Assembly: GCA_964016885.1 (NCBI GenBank)
Contig: OZ024761.1
Location: forward strand, 21,390,001-21,454,000
Direction: 5' to 3'
Length of the DNA: 64,000 nucleotides
From: Eledone cirrhosa
Taxonomy: Eukaryota
Below are positions 52,001-64,000 of this stretch, piece after piece. Numbering within the stretch: the first letter of the stretch is position 1; each line of letters starts with the position of its first letter. Below the pieces are notes generated by a model. That model was given only the letters and a program-made list of their open reading frames with translations, did no database searches and was not told the DNA's origin. The position numbers were made by a program, and so were the translations under genes.

Positions 52001-55000
52001 TATATATGGTACTACATACACTGTTGTATATATAGTACTACATACACTGTTGTATATATAGTACTACATACAGTTATATATATGGTACTACATACACTGA
52101 TATATATATAGTACTACATACACTGATATATATATAGTACTACATACACTGATATATATATAGTACTACATACACTGTTATATATATAGTACTACATACA
52201 CTGTTATATATATAGTACTACATACACTGATATATATATAGTACTACATACACTGATATATATATATAGTACTACATACAGTTATATATATAGTACTACA
52301 TACACTTATATAAATAGTACTACATACACTGTTATATATATAGTACTACATACAGTTAGTTATATATATAGTACTACATACACTGTTATATATATAGTAC
52401 TACATACACTGTTATATATATAGTACTACATACACTGTTATATATATAGTACTACATACACTGTTGTATATATAGTACTACATACACTGTTATATATATA
52501 GTACTACATACACTGTTCTATATATAGTACTACATACACTGTTGTATATATAGTACTACATACAGTTACTGTTATATATATAGTACTACATACAGTTAGT
52601 TATATATATGGTACTACATACACTGTTGTATATATAGTACTACATACACTGTTGTATATATAGTACTACATACACTGTTGTATATATAGTACTACATACA
52701 GTTAGTTATATATATGGTACTACATACACTGATATATATATAGTACTACATACACTGATATATATATAGTACTACATACACTGTTATATATATGGTACTA
52801 TATACACTGTTGTATATATAGTACTACATACATACACTGTTATATATATAGTACTACATACACTGTTATATATATAGTACTACATACACTGATATATATA
52901 TAGTACTACATACACTGATATATATATATAGTACTACATACAGTTATATATATAGTACTACATACACTGTTATATAAATAGTACTACATACACTGTTATA
53001 TATATATAGTACTACATACAGTTAGTTATATATATAGTACTACATACACTGTTATATATATAGTACTACATACACTGTTATATATATAGTACTACATACA
53101 CTGTTGTATATATAGTACTACATACACTGTTATATATATAGTACTACATACACTGTTATATAAATAGTACTACATACACTGTTATATAAATAGTACTACA
53201 TACACTGTTATATAAATAGTACTACATACACTTATATAAATAGTACTACATACACTTATATAAATAGTACTACATACACTGTTATATAAATAGTACTACA
53301 TACACTGTTATATATATATATATATAGTACTACATACACTGTTGTATATATAGTACTACATACACTGTTGTATATATAGTACTATATACACTGTTACTAT
53401 TGTATATATAGTACTACATACAGTTATGTTATATATATAGTACTACATACACTGTTATATATATAGTACTACATACACTGTTATATATATAGTACTACAT
53501 ACACTGTTATATATATAGTACTATATACACTGTTATATATATAGTACTACATACACTTATATAAATAGTACTACATACACTGTTGTATATATAGTACTAC
53601 ATACACTGTTATATATATAGTACTACATACACTGTTATATATATAGTACTATATACACTGTTATATATATAGTACTACATACACTGTTATATATATAGTA
53701 CTACATACACCGTTATATATATAGTACTACATACACTGTTATATATATAGTACTACATACACTGTTATATATATAGTACTACATACACTGTTATATATAT
53801 AGTACTACATACACTGTTATATATATAGTACTACATACACTGTTATATATATATAGTACTACATACACTGTTATATATATAGTACTATATACACTGTTAT
53901 ATATATAGTACTACATACACTGTTATATATATAGTACTACATACACTTATATATATAGTACTATATACACTGTTATATATATAGTACTACATACACTGTT
54001 ATATATATAGTACTACATACACTGTTATATATATAGTACTACATACACTGTTATATAAATAGTACTACATACACTGCTATATATATAGTACTACATACAC
54101 TGTTATATATATAGTACTACATACACTGTTATATATATAGTACTATATACACTGTTATATATATAGTACTACATACACTGTTGTATATATAGTACTACAT
54201 ACACTGTTGTATATATAGTACTACATACACTGTTGTATATATAGTACTACATACACTGTTGTATATATAGTACTATATACACTGTTATATATATAGTACT
54301 ACATACAGTTACTATCAAATATATAGTACATACATACTATTACTGTTAAATATATACCATATACACTCTTACTATTAAAATTATTACTCCAATTTAATTC
54401 GTTTCAAAATTCTATAATTTCTAAGCAATTCTGTATTTGTTTAGCAAGCTTTCTATGGCTGGATGCCCTTCTTATCACCAACCCCATTACAGAGTGTACA
54501 GGGCGTATTTATCATGTAGATCACCACCACTAGGGAGGCTGTCATATATAGAATAAAATATAATACAACTTACAGTCTTACAAGCTCTTCCTCATTCTCC
54601 TCCATAGTTTTCACATCAACCGGTGCAAGCTGCACTATAGGCTCAAAGTGGATCTCGGGACTTTCTACAACATCCTCAGAGTTATTCTCAATGGTTATCA
54701 CCTGAAATAACAGAAACAACACTCACAGATGGACCATTGACATTACTGGGTGTCACACTGTGGAATAGAGACGTGACAGTATGGACCATTGACATTACTG
54801 TGTCACACTGTGGAATAGAGATGTGACAGTATGGACCATTGACATTACTGGGTGTCACACTGTGGAATAGAGATGTGACAGTATGGACCATTGACATTAC
54901 TGGGTGTCACACTGTGGAATAGAGATGTGACAGTATGGACCATTGACGACATTACTGGGTGTCACTGTGGAATAGAGATGTGACAGTATGGACCATTGAC

Positions 55001-57367
55001 GACATTACTGGGTGTCACACTGTGGAATAGAGATGTGACAGTATGGACCATTGACATTACTGGGTGTCACACTGTGGAATAGAGACGTGACAGTATGGAC
55101 CATTGCCGACATTACTGGGTGTGACAACCAAACTGGTATGTATTAATACTGAGGAAGTATCTTTCTAGTAAATGGCGGATTATTCTAGAGAAAAACAAGG
55201 AAGCAAAACATTTTGAATTGACAGATTTAATTTCTCTGGCTAGGGGAATCCAGGAGAGGGGACATCCCCATATCGAGGAAAACAAGGAATATAAATATAA
55301 TGGTTTCTAATTTTGACACAAAGCTAGCAATTTGAAGGAAGGAGGAAGTCAATTACATCAACCACCTCCCTCAGCTAATTACTGGTATTTTATTTTATCG
55401 ACCCCATCCCCAACTGAAAGGACGAAAGGCAAAGTTGGCCCCGGGTGGGATTTGAACTTAGAATGTATTTTAAAAAAAGCATTTGTCCGACGCTCTACCG
55501 ATTCTGTAAATAGATCTAAGGAAATAAACTGGTTCTTTTGTCAATGTCATTAAAACAGTAACAGAAAAAAGACAAATAAATGAATGTTGTTCCAATATTT
55601 CAAGTCAGTTGTCAATTATATTAATTAAATTATACTAGTGAGCTTGTAATCTTTTTTACCCCTTCCCTTTCTTCCGTGGCCTAATAATAGTCCTTGCTTT
55701 TTCCCTTCTTTTCCTCATATTTAATTAGTTCCTCTACAGCCAGATCTGCCCTTCTTTTCCTCTCATTTATGGCATTTAAAGTCCGTTCCTCTACAGCCAG
55801 ATCTGCCCTTTTCCTCTCATTCATGGCATTTAAAGTCCGTTCCTCTACAGCCAGATCTACCATTCTTTACCCCTTCCCTTATCTGTTCATTACTTAATTT
55901 TGTTTGTATTTTTCGTTTTTTTCTTTCATATTTCCTTCATTGTATAGCTAGCTTTTTTTTCTTTTTTTTTTTGTAAAATATAGTTGACATAATTTGGTGA
56001 GAGGTGACCTCAGAGGAGATGACGAAGGACCGCCGTAATAAATGGAGAGATGCTGTGCTGAAGAGGACCCGTCCCACACTTGCAAGCAGGGAAACATGGA
56101 CGTAAAATCAAGGTGATAATTTGTTTAATGTATAATTAAATAACAGAAAGAAAAAAAAGCAACAACAAAATTATACATTAAACGAGCATTGTATAAATAT
56201 TTAACAAACTTCCACGCCCCTGCAAACTAGAAAAATATGATTTCTACTATAGGTAAGAGGTCAGCAATTTGAGGGAGGGGAAAGTCAATTAAATCGACTC
56301 CAGTGTGTTACTGGTACTTAATAAGGGTTTCTAATATAGACACAGGGCCAATAATTTTAGGAAAGGGGGAAGTCGATTAAATTAACCCCAGTGTGTTACT
56401 GGTACTTAATAATAAGGGTTTCTAATATAGACACAGGGCCAATAATTTTAGGGGAGGGGGAAGTCGATTAAATTGACCCCAATAATAATGACGGGTGCGA
56501 GGAATATAAATGATGTAAAGAAAGTTTGCAAGAATAACATGGCACTGGCATCACAGATATTTAGATTACAATGATGATGATGATCATTGTTATATTTAAT
56601 GGTGGTATACGTGTATCAAGGCGGATGTATGTAATTAGATTGTTTACATTATATAAACAGGAGAAAGAATGAAGACTGCTGAGAAGAGAATGAGAAAATA
56701 TCTCAGCATCATTTCATGATCAAATCTTGTTGTTGGAGTGAGAAATACGAAATACCAAGAAAGACAGGGAAGAGAGGAAGAAAGGAGAAGAAATGTTGTA
56801 TTGTAATAATAATTAAATATTTCTAATTTAGATATAATAATATATAGTTAAACAATTAATAACATTTAATGAAAGGAGGGACATTGTTGTTGGAGATGAG
56901 TAGCTTTAAATTATATATATAATATATATGATATATATATATATATATTATATATATATTATGGGTGAATTAATTTATATAATAAAAAGAAAACCCAGTG
57001 TAAACTCGTTTTTTGCAGCAGCAAAGTTTGAAATGATGGTAGTGCCTCGTCCATTCATCAGAAGGGAGAAAGGTTTGATGGAATCGGATGGTTTTTACAG
57101 TAAGAAATTAAAGATAAACACGTAAATCTACCATCTTAATAAATTATAAAACTAGTTTAAAGGAGAAATCAGCAAATGGTAAGAGAATATATTTCTTTTA
57201 AGAATTATTTACGTCAACTCTATAGCCTCCACGCTATTCTAAACACAAAAGTTTAAAACATGGTATTTGTCTAGTGCAACAAGCAAAGCAACTTGAAGAA
57301 TGTTTCTAAAATAGGAGAAATATTGTCTAAAGATGTCAATCTAGAAATTTACCTTGTCATCAGCCAT
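48462..57367 (-). CDS. RANBP1: Ran-binding protein 1 (Ran-specific GTPase-activating protein), 6 exons, ~234 aa
   Basis: Minus-strand exons: 57367-57353 (MADDK), 54701-54574, 50987-50833, 49894-49766, 49170-49099, 48667-48462 (705 nt). RanBD motifs: [86 protein letters not shown]-like [11 protein letters not shown] in the tail. Confidence 0.93.
51270..54330. repeat. ~26-28-bp AT-rich minisatellite (~3 kb) in RANBP1 intron 2
   Basis: Unit atatatagtactacatacactgtt(g/a)t. Confidence 0.95.
54729..55125. repeat. ~52-55-bp minisatellite next to the RANBP1 exon 2 acceptor
   Basis: Unit atggaccattgacattactgggtgtcacactgtggaatagagatgtgacagt, ~7 copies. Confidence 0.9.
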
Positions 57368-57539
57368 TTTCAATGCAGATGGTTAAAGATTATAAAAACG
57401 ATGTAGAATAGACAATGATTCCCGCTGGTTTCAAAAGCAGGGGAAAACTAAGGAGTTGTTTATGTAGTTTCGGATAAAGTTCCTTTGTTTTGTTTTTGTT
57501 TTATTCAATGCAGTCATTTCCTTTTTATATCTACATATA

Positions 57540-57980
57540 CCACAGAAAAATTATATTTAAATATTTCTAATATTAAAACTATTGCATTTTATGGTTGTTG
57601 TTTTTTTTTAAACCCCAGAAAATATTTAAATATTTCTAATATTAAAATTGTAATATTTTATAGTTATTAAAAAACACAGAATATTTCTAATATTAAAACT
57701 GTAACATTTTATGGTTGTTTAAAAATAATTTTAATATTTCTATTAAAACTGATTGATTAAAAAGAAACAGAAAATATTAAAATATTTCTGACATTAAAAT
57801 TGTAATATTTTATGGTTGTTTAAAAAAAACAGAAAATATTTTAATATTTCTAATATTAAAACTGTAACATTTTATGCTTGTTTAAAAAGAAACAAGAAAA
57901 TATTGAAATATTTCTTATATAAAAACTATAACATTTTATAATTGTTAAAAAAAAACCCCAAAATATTTTATTTCTGAAAA
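57540..57980. repeat. Degenerate AT-rich ~60-bp tandem repeat between the RANBP1 and TRMT2A starts
   Basis: Repeated aatatttctaatattaaaactgtaacattttatggttgtttaaaaa..cagaa. Confidence 0.8.
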
Positions 57981-58019
57981 GAAAATAGCGTTATGATAAA
58001 AAAAATAGTAGCTCTGTAT

Positions 58020-58078
58020 GTTGCCAGTGTTTAAAGCCATTCACAGTTTTGGTAGCCGACGCATCGTTTCACTTAGAC
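58020..58078 (+). other. TRMT2A: Possible non-coding first exon of TRMT2A (start approximate)
   Basis: CpG-containing patch ending in a strong donor (AC|GTAAGT at 58079). A strong acceptor (T-run + AG ending at 59785) lies upstream of the ATG at 59901. This is inference; no transcript evidence. Confidence 0.4.
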
Positions 58079-59039
58079 GTAAGTTCCTTATATATAAAAA
58101 CAAACAAAACAAGAATCATCTCTTTATTAAATTAAAATTAAATTTTTCCTGTTTTAATGTATAATGCCCATTAATTTTACAAGTTAGAAGATAAATATAT
58201 GTATTTAATTATAGTAAAATAACTTTTTTTTTTCCGGCGTGGTGTCTATTTATGAAGCATGGTGGAATAACTTGTTGGTATTAGAAATACTCCGATCTTG
58301 AGGCGTTTTTTTTTCCATTTTAAGCCCACTTAAGCACTTTAAAATAGATATAGATATTTATATATATATATATAAAATAATTAATTTACAAGAGAGGTCT
58401 TTACATTAGTGTTGAGTAAAATATATTTTTTCCTATTTTATCGTGTAAACTGGGCTGAATGCAAATTTCTCACAACACGTGGTAGTTATCAGAAAACATA
58501 TTTTATAAACCAGGAATTCCGATCAGACTCTGCTAGGAATGAGGAAATGTCTTACCCCTCGCTAAACTATAAGAAATATCTTTCTTTGTCTCTGATCCTA
58601 ACATATACACACGTCCAACAACGATAAAACAGCGAACCACGTCAGATTTTACTCCCTGCTTAGTAACAGGTTAAGATTTCAGCATGTTATATCTATACCT
58701 TCTGTACTTTCGCCGCCCTCTCATAACCAGCAGACCCTTGTCTGTTTTTAATTCAATTCTTTGATACAACATTGCTTTTCCTCGACTACCAACGTCGATT
58801 TAGTTTAAACACAGACACACATACTGAGAATAGTCTTCATCGATTTGGTCGATATAGCTTATAGACAGACACACATACTGGGCCTAGTCTTGATCGCTTG
58901 ATCTCATACTCTACATCTCTGTCATAAAGAGGTGAGTTACCCTAAGGTATAGAGCAATCGAGGGCAAACTGCGGCCCGCCTTATGATGAGCACATCGTAT
59001 GTGGTCCACTGCTCGAAAAAGGTTGCCTATACCTGATAT

Positions 59040-59359
59040 TGAGGATGTGGCTGTTGCTGTACACGAGACCATTCCTATGGAATGATATCACGTGTAGAGA
59101 GGGCTGTTGATTTTTGCTGGTTAAGGACACCGACCCCCTGATAGGGGCCGAATATTTGTCACTTTCACCTCATCATCTGCTGGGAACGGCCTAAGCCATG
59201 AAGATGAAGAGTTTGGACATTTCCCCTGATTTCCGTATAAGTGCCTTGTTATCTATAAAACAGTGGCTGTCACTTGTCTCGCAAACTCAGCATCGGAGCT
59301 AGTGGTTCTTGACCGCAGGAGACCGACACAGTCACAGACTGAACATTGTCACATCCTTT
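59040..59359 (+). mobile_element. Possible solo LTR
   Basis: GC-richer 320-bp island beginning TGAGGATGTG and ending CACATCCT(tt), a short inverted terminal repeat. It has TATA-like ctataaaa inside and atat near both flanks. The terminal CA is not intact. Confidence 0.45.
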
Positions 59360-59900
59360 TATATTTAATAATAATAATGAAATTATTGTGTAGAGTGCTC
59401 AGGTGCACTACAACTTATCAAAGGTGCATGTGTAGTACATAGAATAATATACAAATGTCAGGAAGTGAATAGTGTATGAGTCATGATATACATGTGTGTA
59501 TGTGTATCGAGGTGGGATATCAGGTGTAGTGTTGGCGAATCTCAGGAAGCATGGAGGTTTTAAAGGATGCAGTGTCTCGACATCTAACAACTGATGCAGG
59601 TAGTTTGTTCCATGGAAGTTTTAAAGGATGCAGTGTCTCGACGGCTAATAACTGATGCAGGTAGTTTGTTCCATGCTTCAGCAACTCTGAGCATGGAAAA
59701 ATGTTTCCGAAAGTCGTGGGAGCTGTGCTGTTTTTATGTCCTAATTTTTTGCTATATTTTTTTCATCTTCAGTTTTTTTTTTTAGATTCCCCACAGAACA
59801 CCACTACCTACACACGTCACAGTAGTGTGACAATCATGATCACAGTCTATTGAACTTATGAAACAAGTAAAATCAACAAAGAAATATTAATCTCAATAAG

Positions 59901-62900
59901 ATGGAAGTTGTTCCAAATGACAAACCTGATAATTCCGCCGAAACTCCGACTGAAAACAACCACCAGAATCTTTCAACAACAGAAGACAATCCAGAGAAAC
60001 CTATCACAGGTGATGGTCAGTCAATAGCAGGTGAGAAAAAGATGGAGACAGACAAAGATTCTACACCTGTGGTGGACAGTAAATGTGTTGATGTTGAAAT
60101 GACTGACGAGGAGGTGAAGTCTGCTGATGAGTCCAAATCCAAAGGGTCAGAATCAGACCAAACCAAGGATTCTAACAATGCTCCCGTAAATCAGGAAGAA
60201 TATTTCTACATTAAAAGAGATGAGTTCACTTCTGAGATTTTCAAAATAGAAATTCAAAATTTGCCAAGGTTCGGTTTTTCTGTAAGTCTGTTTCTTTATT
60301 TATCTTTTGATTTATTTATTTATAACAAATGGCAGGAATAAGGTTGAGGTTCCTCAAAAGGATCTTTAGAGGAACGTTACTCGATAGAGTGAGGAGCTCT
60401 GAGATCAGAGAATTACTTCAGATAGAGCAACTACTTCTCCGAATTGAGAGATCACAGTTCTGATACTATGGACATGTGGTTAGAATGTCTCAGGAAAGAA
60501 TCTCTGAATTGAGAGATCACAGCTCTGATATTACAGACATGTCGTTAGAATGTCTTGGGAAAGAATGTACAGCTCAAAGATTAGAGAGTTACTCCAACTT
60601 TGCCTTTCATTTTTCCAGGGGTCAATAAAATAAAGTACCAGTGAACGTCCGGGGTCGGTATATTAGATCTTCCCCTCTCTTCCCCTCAAATGTCCTTATC
60701 TCATGCCTGAATAAGAAATCACTATTTTTTGGCTTTTAGGGAGTGGTGGTGCTCAAATACAACTCAGTTGCTGCTAGAAAATCTTGTCTGGTTGACATAT
60801 AACTTCTTAGTTGTGTGTTAACATCAGGAAAAAGTATTGAGTTCATCTTTGAAGCATATTCAGTGAAACCTTGGTTCACGAACAGTGTTTAACTTGTATT
60901 CAACTTTTTAAACTTCTCCTGTTTCCCTATTTTTTTAGGAACTGAAGAAGAAGCTTGTTAATTTGGAATTGTTTCCAATAAAAGTAAAAGGATTTCCACA
61001 TAAAGGTTTTGCTTTTGTTACATTTAGGTAAGATGTGTTTTGTGTTGATTTGGGGTGAGGTGTGTTACATTGTGGTAACTTACTCATGTGTTTGGAACAT
61101 AACTTAACAAAGGTGCTTACATAAAAGTATAGTGGAAGATTTTTAGATAAAAATAAACAGTTTAAGCTTTTTGTGAACACATTTTTAATGAAAGACAATC
61201 TATGATTTTCAAATAATTCTTTAAATAATCGGGATTTTGGAGGAATTTAATAATATAACTAACTTGTTGGTGTTTAGAACATAACAAAGGTTCTTCCATA
61301 AAATCATATGGAACATTTTCAAGATAACTGTAAGTACTTTAACCCTTTAGCATTTAAATCGGCCGTTTCCAGCCGTTCTCTCACTTCTTGCTGTTCAAAC
61401 CGGCTGTAATCAGCCACTCATACTGATGTTAAGGTCTTGTTCTCAAAATAAATAATATCAAAATTTCAGATTCAATACTATGTGAGGTAAAATGTTTACT
61501 GAGAAAATACAATAGTAAATATAGAGTAATGTAAATGGTAAAGGGTTAAAATAAGTTTTCTATCATTAAACCAGGGATGGTTTCAAGCAGTTTTAGTATC
61601 AAAAGAGTTAAAACAATGCAGTTCATATCTCCTCTTTTTTTTTACAGGGATGAAAACGCACGTGAGAAGGCTTTAGGAAAACTCCATGGGTTCCGATGGA
61701 AAGGACATTGCCTTACTGCGAAGGTAGGCCAACTTTGTTGTGTTTTGTTTTGCCACAGATGGAAATGTAGTGTTAGTAACAAACCCTTTATCCCCTCCCA
61801 AAATACTACAATGTATGTATCGTCATGTAACTACTGAAGGATCGTAGAGGAGCTACATTGACATACAGTATTCCTGGTCTGAGTACAGCAGATTTCTTCC
61901 AGAGAAAGATAGAGAGGAAGTGAGAAAGAGATATAGAACCAGAATTGACCTCACTACTAGACAGGTATTTTTATCAACTTCGACTGGATGAAAGACCAGG
62001 TTGACCTTGGTGGGATTTGAACTCAGAGAGCCGAAACAAATACTGCAAGGCATTCCATCTGATGTTCTAATCATTTGGTCAGTTTGAAAGACTATTAAAT
62101 GAGAATGTATGTGGTGAGAGGAAGAGGTCAGACATCCAGGTTAGCACTAGTATAGCAAGTGTGGTGGGTGTTCGGGTATTTTATAAAGGCTCATTGTTAT
62201 ATATGATCCCTTGGAAAATGTGGTGGGTGTTCGGGTATTTTATAAAGGCTCATTGTTATATATGATCCCTTGAATAGAGTGTATTTCATTATGTGGATTG
62301 GCAGTATCGGTAGAGGGTCGGACGCCATGCTTTCTAGCATAGTTACGTCCCTTTACAGTCTGAGTTCAAATCCCGCCGAAGTTAACTTTGCCTTTCATCC
62401 TTACGGGGTCGATAAAATAAAGTACTGGGTAATTGCTGGCCTTGTGCCTAAAGTAGAAACAATTATTTTATTTTAATCATTCGTCACAAGAGAGTTAAAC
62501 CATTATTACCATTTTCTTCACAGAAATCCCATCCAACTGCTGATCCTTTGGTTTTAAAGCGAAAATCTTTGGGTGAGTACAAACCCTTTTCAGCTGGTGC
62601 TATCTGATAATAGAGCTCTAGACAAAAGGCCTCACATTCTGTTTAAACAGAAATATGATTAACTTTATCTCTCAACCCTTAACTGATGACACCTAACCAC
62701 TAGAATGAGGTTTTAAACTGAGCAATGGATTAAGTGAAAGGTCTACACACTAATCTTTTAAGATGTAATTTACTAAGTGAGGAGAAAATTATGAAGCTAA
62801 ACTCAATATAAGGGTTTCTATTCTGTCAGATTTCACTAACTTGTCTCTCAGCCGTTGCTTGTACAGGATTGTCCTGTGATGAACTCAGTACTAAGATATG

Positions 62901-64000
62901 TTTTATATGTTTGATGTACTAAGATATGTCTTATATGTTTGTTGTACAGAATTATCTAATGATGAACCCGATTCTAAGAAGATGAAAGAATCTAAAGACA
63001 TATGTGATGCTAACGAAGGACTGACACCTCAGGAAAGGTAAACTTGCAAATGTTTTTCTCCTCGTCTGTAAAGGTAGCCATGTCACAGTTTTTTTCTGTT
63101 TCTACTTTATGATGGAAACAAAAAAAAAACTTGGTGGATGCTTTCCAAGTATCTTTATCTGAACTCTTAATGTTGTTGTTGCTACAGCTCCCACCTACGC
63201 CGCTTTACCTCGTTGGAGGTGTCTTGGGGGATTCAATGATAGGGAGCCCAGTCCTGTCATGTTGTTGTTACAGCTCACACCTACGCCGCTTTACCTCGTT
63301 GGAGGTGTCTTGGGGGATTTAATGATAGGGAGCCCAGTCCTATCATCTCATTTCTACAGCTGAGTAAACTGGAGCAACGTAAAATAAAGTGTCTTGCTCA
63401 AGGAAACAACACATCAGCCAGTCTGAGAACTGAACTCACAACCTTTCGATTGCAAGCCCAATGCTCTAACCACTAAGCCATGCAAACTATTCATATCCTG
63501 TAATGATTTCATCTTCTTCACCCAACATCCATAACCTTTGTTGGTCTTGCTTGGGTATCCAACTGGATCATTTGAAGACTGTTGATACTGATAGTACCTG
63601 CTTTACTATATAACGACTCACAATTAATTAATTTGACAGTACTATCAAACAGAGAAGGTTTCAAATTACTACTTTCATTGTAATGACTTTATAATGTCAT
63701 AAAAACATAACAGACGCCCCATATATAGTCAATGTCTGTAGAACTTTCTTCCAGTAATACCCCCATATAAACCAATGTATATAGAACCTTATTACAATAA
63801 TACCCCCTATATAGCTAATGTGTATAATACATTATTACAGTAATACCTCCATATATAACCAATGTCTGTAGAACCTTCTTCCAGTAATACCCCCATATAA
63901 ACCAATGTATATAGAACCTTATTACAATAATACCCCCTATATAGCTAATGTGTATAATACATTATTTCTATATTCATTTCAGAGTCAGAAAAGCTGTGAT
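59901..64000 (+). CDS. TRMT2A: tRNA (uracil-5-)-methyltransferase homolog A, 5' part with RRM domain; continues beyond the window
   Basis: Exons: 59901-60281, 60939-61027, 61648-61723, 62524-62572, 62950-63037, 63983->64000. YIKRDEFTSEIFKIEIQNLPR, RNP1-like KGFAFVTFR, AREKALGKLHGFRWKG and ADPL match the TRMT2A N-terminal RRM. The catalytic domain is outside the window. Confidence 0.88.
63715..63965. repeat. Degenerate ~38-bp tandem repeat upstream of a TRMT2A exon
   Basis: Repeated cccatata(t)aaccaatgt.t.tagaacctt.tt.cagtaata. Confidence 0.75.

Larger units (their letters stand above)
57368..58078. promoter_or_regulatory. Putative shared bidirectional promoter of RANBP1 and TRMT2A, with E2F-like TTCCCGC + 4 nt + CHR-like TTCAAA at 57419-57435
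   Basis: The genes are divergent, and the motif lies ~55 nt upstream of the RANBP1 ATG. Function is inferred. Confidence 0.45.

Noticed and set aside
57040-57065. CTGATGA on the minus strand in RANBP1 intron 1 (hammerhead core or C box)
   Set aside because: There is no downstream GAAA with stem II, and no D box or terminal stem.

Overview
AT-rich, intron-rich animal DNA. It is probably from an octopod cephalopod, inferred from SINE families that resemble Octopus SINEs. I assembled four protein-coding genes by hand from GT-AG exons: ACSS3-like acyl-CoA synthetase (+, 17 exons, ~698 aa), SETD6-like lysine methyltransferase (+, 11 exons, ~529 aa), RANBP1 (-, 6 exons, ~234 aa) and the 5' part of TRMT2A (+, runs off the window). 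RANBP1 and TRMT2A are head-to-head, as at the mammalian HTF9 locus. The rest is tRNA-derived SINEs, fragments of CR1, RTE, Tx1/L1 and CRE-like LINEs, a TTAA-flanked MITE that seeds satellites, a Merlin/ISXO2-like transposase remnant and many mini/microsatellites. Most ORF-track entries are repeat artefacts. The most notable signals are four type I hammerhead ribozyme motifs. Two lie in diverged copies of a ~240-bp structured element with compensatory changes, sense-strand in ACSS3 introns. Two lie in a 290-bp palindrome. Also notable are an inverted copy of an ACSS3 splice acceptor inside the same gene and a triplicated SETD6 acceptor. All coordinates were counted by eye; repeat boundaries are approximate.
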